Of a stretch of DNA of 64,000 nt, positions 22,670-34,406 are shown piece by piece. The stretch spans positions 200,634,001 to 200,698,000 of the forward strand of contig NC_086100.1 in assembly GCF_963921235.1 (NCBI RefSeq), read 5' to 3'. The notes beneath the pieces were generated by a model. That model did not search any database. It saw nothing but the letters and a program-made list of their open reading frames with translations, and was not told the DNA's origin. Every line of letters begins with the position of its first letter. Position 1 is the stretch's first letter. This stretch comes from Mobula hypostoma. Taxonomy: Eukaryota. The translations under genes were made by a program, and so were the position numbers.

Positions 22670-25450
22670 GCCTGAAGGCTTTGAGTGTCAATGCAAGGAG
22701 CATTTGTAACAAGGTGGATGGATTGAAAGTGCAGATTGTTATTAATGATTATGATATAGTTGGGATCACAGAGACATGGCTCCAGGGTGACCAAGGATAG
22801 GAGCTCAACATTCAGGGATATTCAATATTCAGGAGGGATAGACATGAAAGAAAAGGGGGAGGGGTGGCATTGCTGTTTAAAGATGAGATTAACGCAATAG
22901 AAAGGAAGGACATAAGCCGGGAAGATGTGGAATCGATATGGGTAGAGCTGTGTAACACTAAGGGGCAGAAAACGCTGGTGGGAGTTGTATACAGGCCACC
23001 TAACTGTAGTAGTGAGGTTGGAGATGGTATTAAATAGGAAATTAGAAATGTGTGCAATAAAGGAACAGCAGTTATAATGGGTGACTTCAATCTACATATA
23101 GATTGGGTGAACCAAATTGGTAAGGGTGCTGAGGAAGAGGATTTCTTGGAATGTATGCGGGATGGTTTTTTGAACCAACGTGTCGAGGAACCAACTAGAG
23201 AGCAGGCTATTCTAGACTGGGTTTTGAGCGATGAGGAAGGGTTAATTAGCAATCTTGTCGTGAGAGGCCCCTTGGGTAAGAGTGACCATAATATGGTGGA
23301 ATTCTTCATTAAGATGGAGAGTGACATAGTTAATTCAGAAACAAAGGTTCTGAACTTAAAGAAGGGTAACTTTGAAGGTATGAAATGTGAATTAGCTAAG
23401 ATAGACTGGCAAATGACACTTAAAGGATTGACGGTGGATATGCAATGGCAAGCATTTAAGGATTGCATGGATGAACTACAACAATTGTTCATCCCAGTTT
23501 GGCAAAAGAATAAATCAAGGAAGGTAGTGCACCCATGGCTGACAAGAGAAATTAGGGATAGTATCAATTCCAAAGAAGAAGCATACAAATTAGCCAGAAA
23601 ATGTGGCTCACCTGAGGACTGGGAGAAATTCAGAGTTCAGCAGAGGAGGGCAAAGGGCTTAATTAGGAAGGGGAAAAAAGATTATGAGAGAAAACTGGCA
23701 GGGAACATAAAAACTAACTGTAAAAGCTTTTATAGATATGTGAAAAGGAAAAGACTGGTAAAGACAAATGTAGGTCCCCTACAGACAGAAACAGGTGAAT
23801 TGATTATGGGGAGAAAGGACATGGCAGACCAATTGAATAATTACTTTGGTTCTGTCTTCACTAAGGAGGACATAAATAATCTTCCAGAAATAGTAGGGGA
23901 CAGAGGGTCCAGTGAGATGGAGGAACTGAGGGAAATACATGTTAGTAGGAAAGTGGTGTTGGGTAAATTGAAGGGATTAAAGGCAGATAAATCCCCAGGG
24001 CCAGATGGTCTGCATCCCACAGTGCTTAAGGAAGTAGCCCAAGAAATAGTGGATGCATTAGTGATAATTTTTCAAAACTCGTTAGATTCTGGACTAGTTC
24101 CTGAGGATTGGAGGGTGGCTAATGTAACCCCACTTTTTAAAAAAGGAGGGAGAGAGAAACCGGGGAATTATAGACCGGTTAGCCTAACGTCGGTGGTGGG
24201 GAAACTGCTGGAGTCAGTTATCAAAGATGTGATAACATCACATTTGGAAAGCGGTGAAATCATCGGACAAAGTCAGCATGGATTTGTGAAAGGAAAATCA
24301 TGTCTGACGAATCTCTCAGAATTTTTTGAGGATGTAACTAGTAGAGTGGATAGGGGAGAACCAGTGGATGTGGTATATTTGGATTTTCAAAAGGCTTTTG
24401 ACAAGGTCCCACACAGGAGATTAGTGTGCAAACTTAAAGCACACGGTATTGGGGGTAAGGTATTGATGTGGATAGAGAATTGGTTAGCAGACAGGAAGCA
24501 AAGAGTGGAAATAAACGGGACCTTTTCAGAATGGCAGGCAGTGACTAGTGGGGTACGCAAGGCTCAGTGCTGGGACCCCAGTTGTTTACAATATATATTA
24601 ATGACTTGGATGAGGGAATTAAATGCAGCATCTCCAAGTTTGCGGATGACATGAAGCTGGGCGGCAGTGTTAGCTGTGAGGAGGATGCTAAGAGGATGCA
24701 GGGTGACTTGGATAGGTTAGGTGAGTGGGCAAATTCATGGCAGATGCAATTTAATGTGGATAAATGTGAAGTTATCCACTTTGGTGGCAAAAATAGGAAA
24801 ACAGATTATTATCTGAATGGTGGCCGATTAGGAAAAGGGGAGGTGCAACGAGACCTGGGTGTTATTATACACCAGTCATTGAAAGTGGGCATGCAGGTAC
24901 AGCAGGCGGTGAAAAAGGCAAATGGTATGCTGGCATTTATAGCGAGAGGATTTGAGTACAGGAGCAGGGAGGTACTACTGCAGTTGTACAAGGCCTTGGT
25001 GAGACCACACCTGGAGTATTGTGTGCTGTTTTGGTCCCCTAATCTGAGGAAAGACATCCTTGCCATAGAGGGAGTACAAAGAAGGTTCACCAGATTGATT
25101 CCTGGTATGGCAGGCCTTTCGTATGAAGAAAGACTGGATGAACTGGGCTTGTACTCGTTGGAATTTAGAAGATTGAGGGGGGATCTGATTGAAACGTATA
25201 AAATCCTAAAGGGATTGGACAGGCTAGATGCAGGAAGATTGTTCCCGATGTTGGGGAAGTCCAGAACGAGGTGTCACAGTTTGAGGATAAAGGGGAAGCC
25301 TTTTAGGACCGAGATGAGGAAAAACTTCTTCACACAGAGAGTGGTGAATCTGTGAATTCTCTGCCACAGGAAACAGTTGAGGCCAGTTCATTGGCTATAT
25401 TTAAGAGGGAGTTAGATAAGGCCCTTGTGGCTACAGGGATCAGGGGGTAT
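22670..25450 (+). pseudogene. CR1 ORF2 APE-RT (several stops, one frameshift near 24560)
   Basis: ORF pieces 22447-22800, 23050-24654 and 24567-25355 carry GDFN, SDH, NYRPVSLTS and KFADD. Confidence 0.93.
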
Positions 25451-25582
25451 GGAGGGAAGGCTGGTGCAGGGTTCTGAGTTGGATGATCAGCCATGATCAT
25501 AATAAATGGCGGTGCAGGCTCAAAGGGCCGAATGGCCTACTCCTGCACCTATTTTCTATGTTTCTATGTTTCTATGTTTCTA

Positions 25583-26000
25583 TCTACTATCAGCACCACA
25601 CTGGGCAGTGTGACTGAGGCACCCACTGCTCTCTGTGCATATATAAAAAATAATCATTTACCACACACATCTTCTTTAAACTTCCTGCTCTCACTGTAAG
25701 TACATACCCACTGGTATTTGATATTTCAACCTGTGATAAATATTCAGGCTGTCTACCCTATTTATGCCTCTCAGACTTTTATAAACCTTTAGGTCTCCTC
25801 AGCCTCCATTGCTCCAGAGAAAACAATTCAGGTGAATCTAACCTTTTCTAATAGCACGTACCCACAAATCCAGACAACATCCTGGTAAACCTCATCTGAA
25901 ACCTCTCCAAAGTTTTCTCATCCTTCCTGTAATGGCATGACAGGAACTTCTCACAATACTCAAGGTGCAAACTAACCAGAGTTTTATACATCTGCAGCAT
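25583..26000 (-). mobile_element. Old CR1 ORF2 C-terminal fragment
   Basis: Degenerate similarity to the 3' ends of other CR1 copies in this window. Confidence 0.6.
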
Positions 26001-26629
26001 CACCATTCTTGTGCATTTGACAAGAAAACCTGAATTGAAAAGAGCCTTGTCCAGAGCAGCCAGGATTCAAGAACAAGAGCTTCTCTCAACATTGGATCCT
26101 TAGGCTGAGTAGGTTTTTCCTTCAGGCTCTCACGCTGTACTGCGGCCAGCAAATGACACAGCTTGTGTCAGTGATAAACCCCATTCTGGGACAAGGACGT
26201 CTTGAAGATTGTTCATTCTCATTGAGATGCCCGGAAGACTGATAAGGTTCATTCAGTCATGTAGCCATATTCAGGGGGCAACTTCTTCCAGGTATCAATC
26301 ACATTCCATATTCATAATGAACTCTAAAGAGACGCCTGTTCCATTGATCCTGTACTTACTGAGTGAGCAATGTGTGGGAGAGAATAAACAGGAATGGTCG
26401 TGGCTGCGTGATGGGTGGTGATCTCACTTTATCTTCCCTGGATACGGAACAAGCTCCCCGATCCTCTGAACCTGTGTGAACACCGAGGTGGAGCTGCCAG
26501 TTGGGGAGGAATCTGGTGGCTAGTTGAATGAACCCAGTGAAGTCTCCCACATGATGTGGAATGCCACATGGTCACCAGGCAGGCAAGACCACAGCATGTT
26601 GGAGATGAGCTTCATCACTCTGAAGTGTT

Positions 26630-27350
26630 TGGTGTCACCCCTCCATTACACATCAGAATCCTGGCGTCACCTCTCAGTTACACATCAGAATCCTGATGTC
26701 ACCCCTCAGTTACACACCAGAATCCTGGTGTCACCCATCAGATACACACCAGAATCCTGGCGTCTCCCCTCAGTTACACACCAGAATCCTGGCGTCTCCC
26801 CTCAGTTACACACCAGAAGCCTGGCGTCACCCCTCAGTTACACACCAGAATCCTGGCGTCACCCCTCAGTTACACACCAGAATCCTGGCGTCACCCCTCA
26901 GTTACATACCAGAATCCTGGCGTCTCCCCTCAGTTACACACCAGAATCCTGGCGTCACCCCTCAGTTACACACCAGAATCCTGGCGTCACCCTCAGTTAC
27001 ACACCAGAATCCTGGCGTCACCCATCAGATACACACCAGAATCCTGGCGTCACCCCTCAGTTACACACCAGAAGCCTGGCGTCACCCCTCAGTTACACAC
27101 CAGAATCCTGGTGTCACCCCTCAGTTACACACCAGAATCCTGGCGTCTCCCCTCAGTTACACACCAGAATCCTGGCATCTCCCCTCAGTTACACACCAGA
27201 ATCCTGGCGTCACCCTCAGTTACACATCAGAATCCTGGCGTCACCCATCAGATACACACCAGAATCCTGGTGTCACCCCTCAGTTACACACCAGAAGCCT
27301 GGCGTCACCCCTCAGTTACACACCAGAAGCCTGGCGTCACCCCTCAGTTA
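26630..27350. repeat. 32-bp minisatellite (CACCAGAATCCTGGCGTCACCCCTCAGTTACA), resuming at 28260-28320
   Basis: About 22 tandem units with recurring variant units and no spacers. Confidence 0.95.
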
Positions 27351-28259
27351 CCATAGAAACCATAGAAACTACAGCACAGAAACAGGCCTTTTGGCCCTTC
27401 TTGGCTGTGCTGAACCATTTTCTGCCTAGTCCCACTGACCTGCACACAGACCATATCCCTCCATACACCTCCCATCCATGTATCTGTCCAATTTATTCTT
27501 AAATGTTAAAAAGAACCCGCATTTACCACCTCATCTGGCAGCTCATTCCATACTCCCACCACTCTCTGTGTGAAGAAGCCCCCTGTAATGTTCCCTTTAA
27601 ACTTTTCCCCCCTCACCCTTAAACCATGTGCTCTGGTTTTTTTCTCCCCTTGCCTCAGTGGAAAATGCCTGCTTGCATTCACTCTATCTATACCCATCAT
27701 AATTTTATATACCTCTATCAAATCTCCCCTCATTCTTCTACGCTCCAGGGAATAAAGTCCTAACCTATTCAACCTTTCTCTGTAACTGAGTTTCTCAAGT
27801 CCCGGCAACATCCTTGTAAACCTTCTCTGCACTCTTTCAACCTTATTTATATCCTTCCTGTAATTTTGTGACCAAAACTGATCACAATACTCCAGATTCG
27901 GCCTCACCAATGCCTTATACAACCTCATCATAACATTCCAGCTCTTATACTCAATACTTTGATTAATAAAGGCCAATGTACCAAAAGCTTTCTTTACGAC
28001 CCTATCTACCTGTGACGCCACTTTTAGGGAATTTTGTATCTGTATTCCCAGATCCCTCTGTTCTACTGCACTCCTCAGTGCCTTACCATTAACCCTGTAT
28101 GTTCTACCTTGGTTTGTCCTTCCAATGTGCAATACCTCACACTTGTCTGTGTTAAACTCCATCTGCCATTTTTCAGCCCATTTTTCCAGCTGGTCCAAGT
28201 CCCTCTGCAGGGTCTGAAAACCTTCCTCACTGTCCACTACACCTCCAATCTTTGTATCA
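27351..28259 (-). mobile_element. 5'-truncated CR1 inserted in the minisatellite
   Basis: ORF 27506-28237 is the CR1 ORF2 C-terminus; (TTTCTATGG) tail. Confidence 0.92.
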
Positions 28260-28759
28260 TAGAATCCAGGTGTCCCATTAGAATCCAGGTGTCACCCCTC
28301 AGTTACACACCAGATCCTAGTGGAGCCTTGTGTTTCCCCTTAGTTGCCTGCCAGAAGCCTGGAGAAGGTTTACGTCTCCCTTCAGTTACACAATACGCCA
28401 ATTGGCACTCTGTAGTGTTCAGTATGTAGCTGAAAAGGGACAAAATTTCAGGTCTTCTGAGAAGGAGGGAGATGATGAGAGTAATGCACCATTTGCATTT
28501 TGCTTTTTTTCAGAGGTAGCTTTCGGGGTGAAGGTATAGAGGCTTTCAGTCTTTCCCCCAACGGTCCAAAGGGAATATCTGCCCATTGCATGTCCATCTC
28601 CCCCTGGGCTATTTCACATTTCCTAGTCATCGTCATGCAAGTAAGAGGAGACATGAAAGTGAGGTGAACTGTACTTTCTAATGATAGGGAAGGAATGACG
28701 TGAAACACCTTCAACCATAGCAAGTTCTCCTGCTGGTTGGACCAGTATCTGTGAAAGGG

Positions 28760-29020
28760 AATGTTGACATTTCGAGCTGACCGAAGGCAGATCAGAAGGA
28801 GGGGGGCCGGAGGGTACACCAGAGGGGTGGGTTACCTGAAATTGGAAAATTCACTGTTTGGACCTTTACCCAGGGGAATACAAGGTGTCATTGCTCTGGT
28901 TTGCACTGGGCCTCATCCTGGCAATGGAGAAAGACGAGGACAGAGAGCTCAGTGTAAGAATGGGAAGGGTAATTCAAAGAGCGTGTGACTGGATGCTCCG
29001 GGTGGTCATTGCGGACAGAG
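28760..29020 (-). mobile_element. Penelope-like element 3' fragment (GIY-YIG C-terminus)
   Basis: Minus strand reads PSHSYTELSVLVFLHCQDEAQ...SEFSNFR*, followed by a partial pLTR. Confidence 0.6.
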
Positions 29021-29029
29021 TACCACCAA

Positions 29030-31880
29030 ATGAACTCACACGGTCTCTGCAGCAGCTAGCAAAAGAGTGTCTGAGATACGCCGAATGAAGCTTTTAAGGG
29101 ACCCTTCTCTTGCTACCCTCACTTCAACTCTTCTTACTCTCCGATCAGTGTTGTCACAGAGCCATGAGCCAGTTGTTTCTTTTTGTTTGATGGTCTTTAA
29201 GGATGGCATGATCGCTCACCATTCCACCTACCATTCTGCACGTCTTTGTAGGAGAGGCAGGTACTTGTGCTCCCAGCGGTGGCGAGGCTTTGAACCTGCC
29301 TCCATTGCTGACGGTGGAGTTCGTTCTCCCCAAAGTCTCCTAATTCCAAGGTACATGCATGTGACAGCAGTCGCCAACTTGAGAACCTCTCAAAGCGTTT
29401 AAGGTCTAACCAGTTCCTGGAGATGTTAGCATGGCATGTGACCTGTGGGCAGATCTCAGCATCTGATTCTGGGTCAATCAAGTCAAATAGCGGAATGGTG
29501 GCCTCTGTCTTGGCTGACCTGAACAAGAACGCTGGTCCTGTTAACCATGTGCTCTGAGTTAGATTGCTAGCCGGAATTGATCTTGTGCCATGATCTGCAG
29601 GGTTCTGGTCAGTAGGGACAAATTTCCGCTGGTCTCCTTATGCACTACACCCTGTTCATGTTCACATCGAAGCATCTGCATTAATTGCGAATGTACCTTG
29701 GAATTAGAGTAGAATGTGAAGTTTGTCAACGATTTTATCAGTGATCACTTCTGTCACTTCTACCACTGAGTAGAGTTCAAGTTGTGGGGCAGTAATTTCA
29801 GGACATGGGGCAAGCTTGGCCTTGCCAAACATTGATCTGTCATCTCCATCAGTGATCCAGGTAACTTATGGCAGGGATGACAGCCATGAATGTATCACTA
29901 AAAATGCACATTTCCTCTCTGTGTGCTTGCCTGAGAGACAGAGAGGTGTACGTACATGGACATTTAGCTTGTTCAAACTCCACGGCTTCCACTCCCTGAA
30001 CTTCTTATCCCAGTCACTGGTCTCCAAGATAAGTTCTCTAAGGAAAGAGCCTCCCTGAATGGTTACTGAGGCAGCAAATCCAAGTGGATCAAACAGGCTG
30101 TTCACTTCAGACAAAACCCCACGTTTGCTGTTGGGCTTCTCAACTGATGACACCTGGAAGGTGAACACGTCTTTGGTAACATCCCAACTTATGCCTAAAC
30201 TTCTGTGAATAGGAGGGCAGTAGGTCTAAGTCCAGGTCTTTTAACCCTTTCACAAGGTTGTCTGGAGGAAATACACTCAGGACTTTCACTTTGTTGGAGG
30301 CGATCTTGTGCAATCACAAGTTGGAAAGGGCGAGCATGTTTTGGGTGTTTCAGAGAAGAGGAATAGCTTCCTTCTCTGCAGGCAGAGACACCAGGCCATC
30401 ATCCACAAAGAAGTTCCTGGCATCTTCTCCATAGCCCTTGTCAGCCAAGGCAGCTCTCTGAGGCTCTGCACAGTGACAACTGGGGGGGGGGGGGGGGGGG
30501 GGGGGCTGGAATCCAAAACTCCGTGATTTCTTCATTCAGGTGGTTGTTGTGATACCATAAAGAGAGCAAACATTTCCAATGGCGATCATGTACTAAGACG
30601 CAATGGGACATCTGCTGCACGCCAGCTGTAACAAGCTCTGCTTCCTTCCTAAACCACAGCCCCGGGGCCCCCCCCCCCCGGGCATATTGTTCATACTGGG
30701 GTGCATGACCAACATGCACTTAAAGACTTTCCATGATGCCGGGCACTGGAATTGAAAATGACTCGTATCTGTTTGGGTTTTTGAGGGTGGTATACCCCAA
30801 AGATTATGCAGGTACCAGGACTCACTCTGTCATGTAGGGCTACTTCAGCATGCCCATCATTAATGAACTCAATGAAGTGTTCCTGAGCATGTGTGCAGGT
30901 GAAGCAAGGCAGCTTGCTTGCTCACGGTTGTTTGGTAGGCATTGTTGGGGGTCTATGGAAGGGGAGTGGTGCTACCCAGCTGCTTGAGCTGTCTTGATGG
31001 AACCCGTTATCATCTCCCTCAGGAAAGTAAGGTCATCCACTGAAAGAGCTCTTTTGTAGTCATCCTTTGCACGGACAAAGACAGATTCACCCATTCCACT
31101 GTGTCGCTTGTCAAACCTCTTTGTTGTGAGGTCAAGGCTGGAGAGGCAGGAGGCTGGCAGGACTGACCGAAGCTCTCCTTGATGTGCACCCTGCTCAGGC
31201 AGGGAGTCGTGAGACTGGGGCACCCACTTTCTATGTTAGTTCTGAAGATGTACACAGGTGAGGGTTTCTGTGCACTCCCTAGGCAGACGTCTCCTACTAT
31301 GACCCACTCAAGTGCTGACCTCTGCTCAAAGGGAGCATTTGGGGGCAGATTACATTGCTTGACTACTTTGTGTACCTGTAGGATGTCTCTCCTTAGCAGA
31401 AACAGGATCTCAACCTTGAGTCGAATACCTTGTGTCTTGGAGATCAGGAGCTGAAGTGAGGGTGCCGAGTCGCTGCTTCTGGTTTGGGGAATTTCTTCCT
31501 GTTTTCTGGAAGTTCATCACACCTAGTGAGTGTGGGGAGAGCTAAATAAATCTTTTCATCAACAGATTCGACAACAGAGCCAACCACTGGCTCCTCACCC
31601 AACCATCTGTGACACGTCTGCGCATGTCTTACGTGTGTAAGCTGAGGTGTTATTGGTTGTGTTGAAGACGCTGAAAAAAGATAATTTAGGTGGAGACTTG
31701 TTGCTCTGATCATTCAAGACATCATACATCCTCGCCCTCTTCTCACGGTGGCCTTCTGAGTAAACAGTGACGAGGTAGATCTGTGAACATGATTTACTGG
31801 TGGAGTTTTCCCCACAGACCTCAATACAGAAACCTGCAGAGCTTGTCTTCTGCCAAGCGAACACTGGCAGGGGAGGGGAC
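29030..31880 (-). mobile_element. BEL/Pao internal region (PR-RT-RH-IN tail), heavily deleted, no LTRs found
   Basis: CIEVCG..SCSQIYLV..VLNDQSNKS (PR); NFFVDDGL (RT); RGVLSEVNSLFDPLGFAA (RH); FERFSSW; QWRQVQSLA. Confidence 0.85.
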
Positions 31881-31887
31881 AGAACCA

Positions 31888-33050
31888 ACTCCAGTTTGAA
31901 CACTGCACCACACTGTCCCCAGTGGAGTGTAGCAGCTCTGACTCACACTGTGTCACACTGTCACCAGTGGAATGTAGCAGCTCTGACTCCAGTTTGAACA
32001 CTGTCGCCAGTGGAGTGTAGCAGCTCTGACTCCAGTTTGAACACTGTCGCCAGTGGAGTGTAGCAGCTCTGACTCACACTGTGTCACACTGTCACCAGTG
32101 GAATGTAGCAGCTCTGACTCACACTGTGTCACACTGTCCCCAGTGGAGTGTAGCAGCTCTGACTCACACTGTGTCACACTGTCCCCAGTGGAGTGTAGCA
32201 GCTCTGACTCCAGTTTGAACACTGTCACCAGTGGAGTGTAGCAGCTCTGACTCACACTGTGTCACACTGTCACCAGTGGAATGTAGCAGCTCTGACTCAC
32301 ACTGTGTCACACTGTCCCCAGTGGAGTGTAGCAGCTCTGACTCACACTGTGTCACACTGTCCCCAGTGGAGTGTAGCAGCTCTGACTCACACTGTGTCAC
32401 ACTGTCCCCAGTGGAGTGTAGCAGCTCTGACTCCAGTTTGAACACTGTCACCAGTGGAGTGTAGCAGCTCTGACTCACACTGTGTCACACTGTCACCAGT
32501 GGAATGTAGCAGCTCTGACTCACACTGTGTCACACTGTCCCCAGTGGAGTGTAGCAGCTCTGACTCACACTGTGTCACACTGTCCCCAGTGGAGTGTAGC
32601 AGCTCTGACTCCAGTTTGAACACTGTCGCCAGTGGAGTGTAGCAGCTCTGACTCACACTGTGTCACACTGTCACCAGTGGAGTGTAGCAGCTCTGACTCA
32701 CACTGTGTCACACTGTCACCAGTGGAATGTAGCAGCTCTGACTCACACTGTGTCACACTGTCCCCAGTGGAGTGTAGCAGCTCTGACTTCAGTTTGAACA
32801 CTGCACCACACTGTCACCAGTGGAGTGTAGCAGCTCTGACTCACACTGTGTCACACTGTCACCAGTGGAGTGTAGCAGCTCTGACTCACACTGTGTCACA
32901 CTGTCACCAGTGGAGTGTAGCAGCTCTGACTCACACTGTGTCACACTGTCACCAGTGGAGTGTAGCAGCTCTGACTCACACTGTGTCACACTGTCACCAG
33001 TGGAGTGTAGCAGCTCTGACTCCAGTTTGGACACTGTGTCACACTGTCTC
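31888..33050. repeat. 45/43-bp minisatellite with higher-order structure
   Basis: 45-bp unit CAGTGGAGTGTAGCAGCTCTGACTCACACTGTGTCACACTGTCAC and a 43-bp variant containing CCAGTTTGAA. Confidence 0.95.
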
Positions 33051-33370
33051 CACTGGCGGTACCGGCTCCAATTCCTCTCTCCCGGTGGCTGTAAACAGGC
33101 ATCACCACGGCTTGGGGCCTACTCCTCACCATGACCAAGTTCCCCGCCGTCCGCCCCGCTCTCTGCCAATAAATCAGTGAGCCGAACTTGCGGCAATCCA
33201 CATTAACAATGTCCAAAAGGGTCTTGCGATCACAAGAAAAGCGACCAAGGCGGTCATTGTTATCAGACCATAAGCCTCCTTCAGTTCAGCCAGCAGCACG
33301 ATGCACAGCTCCTTCTTTTCCTTCGCCAGCAAGCGACTTGCTGATGGTGTCGTCCTGCGGTACAGTGTAG

Positions 33371-33496
33371 GCAGCGTCTATGGAAAAAAGTAGAGTCAAC
33401 ATTTCAGGCTGAAACCCTTCAGCAGGACTGAGTTCTTCCAGCATTTTGTGTGTGTTGCTTGGATTTCCAGCATCTGCAGATTTTCTCTTGTTTGTG
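33371..33496. mobile_element. Penelope pLTR remnant with a degenerate minimal hammerhead ribozyme
   Basis: Minus strand CAGTC-CTGCTGA-AGGGTTTCAGCCT-GAAA-TGTTGACT, followed by an oppositely oriented CCAGCATCTGCAG tail. That tail recurs reverse-complemented at 63975-64000. Confidence 0.6.
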
Positions 33497-33629
33497 ATTG
33501 GATCTTATCCACTATGCATGGAATCACCATTCAGAGTGTCCTTTTACTATTCTGCCCTCACTCAGGAGTTTCCGCCTTTTTCTCAAGCTAAACAGACAGC
33601 TAAACTCCAGTTGCGGCAGAGTTGTAGCT

Positions 33630-33922
33630 GGAAACATAGAAAACCTACAGCACAATACAGGCGCTTTGGCCTGCATTGCTGTGCCGAACATGTATGTCCT
33701 TTCGAAATTACCTAGGGTTACCCATAGCCCTCTATTTTTCTAAGCTCCATGTACCTATCCAGGAATCTCTTAAAATACTATCGTATCAGCCTCCACCACC
33801 ATTGCTGTCAGCCTATTCCATGCACTCACCACTGTCTGCATAAAAAAACTTACCCCAGACATCTCCTCTGTACCTGCTTCCAAGCACCTGAAAACTGTGC
33901 CCTCTCGTGTTAGCCATTTCAG
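33630..33922 (-). mobile_element. CR1 3' fragment
   Basis: Same family 3' end as 49721-50021 and 58139-58443. Confidence 0.8.
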
Positions 33923-34259
33923 CTGTATTTAGGAAGGTGGGTTTATTATTCACTACGCATTACAACACATAAGGAGCTGAGTAAAAAGCCAGTGCCTCTA
34001 GGTGTTCTCAAAAAAGATAGATTCAAATATTGGTTAAAATTCCTTTGACTCATAATAAAGTGCTTCTAACTAATAATGTATAAATTAAATGTACAAGTAA
34101 TATGAAAAAAATGGCAGCCCTAATGTCAAAGGTCAATTGCTTAGCAATGCGGTAATAAGTAATAAACAATAGCTCTAACCTTACAAGTAAGCATTGACAT
34201 CTTGTGGCTAGAAATAAAATAGCAAACCAAATCAGAAGGGAACTAACAGTATTGGTAAT

Positions 34260-34406
34260 GGCTCAGGTCACCAGTCTTGTAAAGACACTGCCCAGACGAA
34301 GGCAATGGCAAATCACTTCCTTAGAACATACTGCCAAGAATAATTATGGTTATGTAGACCATGATCTCCCAGGTCAAATGACACATCATGTGATAATGAT
34401 GATGAA
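34260..34406 (+). mobile_element. RTE-related SINE or LINE fragment
   Basis: GAAGGCAATGGCAAATCACTTC...TGCCAAGAA motif and a (TGA)n tail. Confidence 0.5.

Larger units (their letters stand above)
21270..25582 (+). mobile_element. Essentially full-length CR1 LINE
   Basis: CpG-rich 5'UTR, ORF1, ORF2, (TTTCTATG)n tail. Confidence 0.96.

Noticed and set aside
26630..27350. CRISPR-like 32-bp repeats and 268-301 aa repetitive ORFs
   Set aside because: The units are head-to-tail with no unique spacers, there are no cas genes and the context is eukaryotic. The ORFs are translation artefacts of the repeat.
28448..28819. 123-aa ORF as a host exon
   Set aside because: It starts inside a Penelope fragment and has no recognisable domain or supportable splice structure.
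30482..30505. Poly-G run as a functional G-quadruplex
   Set aside because: A homopolymer expansion within a dead BEL RT, with no evidence of function and an error-prone length.
31888..33050. CRISPR array or Cys/His-repeat protein gene
   Set aside because: No spacers, and the 43-bp units shift the frame repeatedly.
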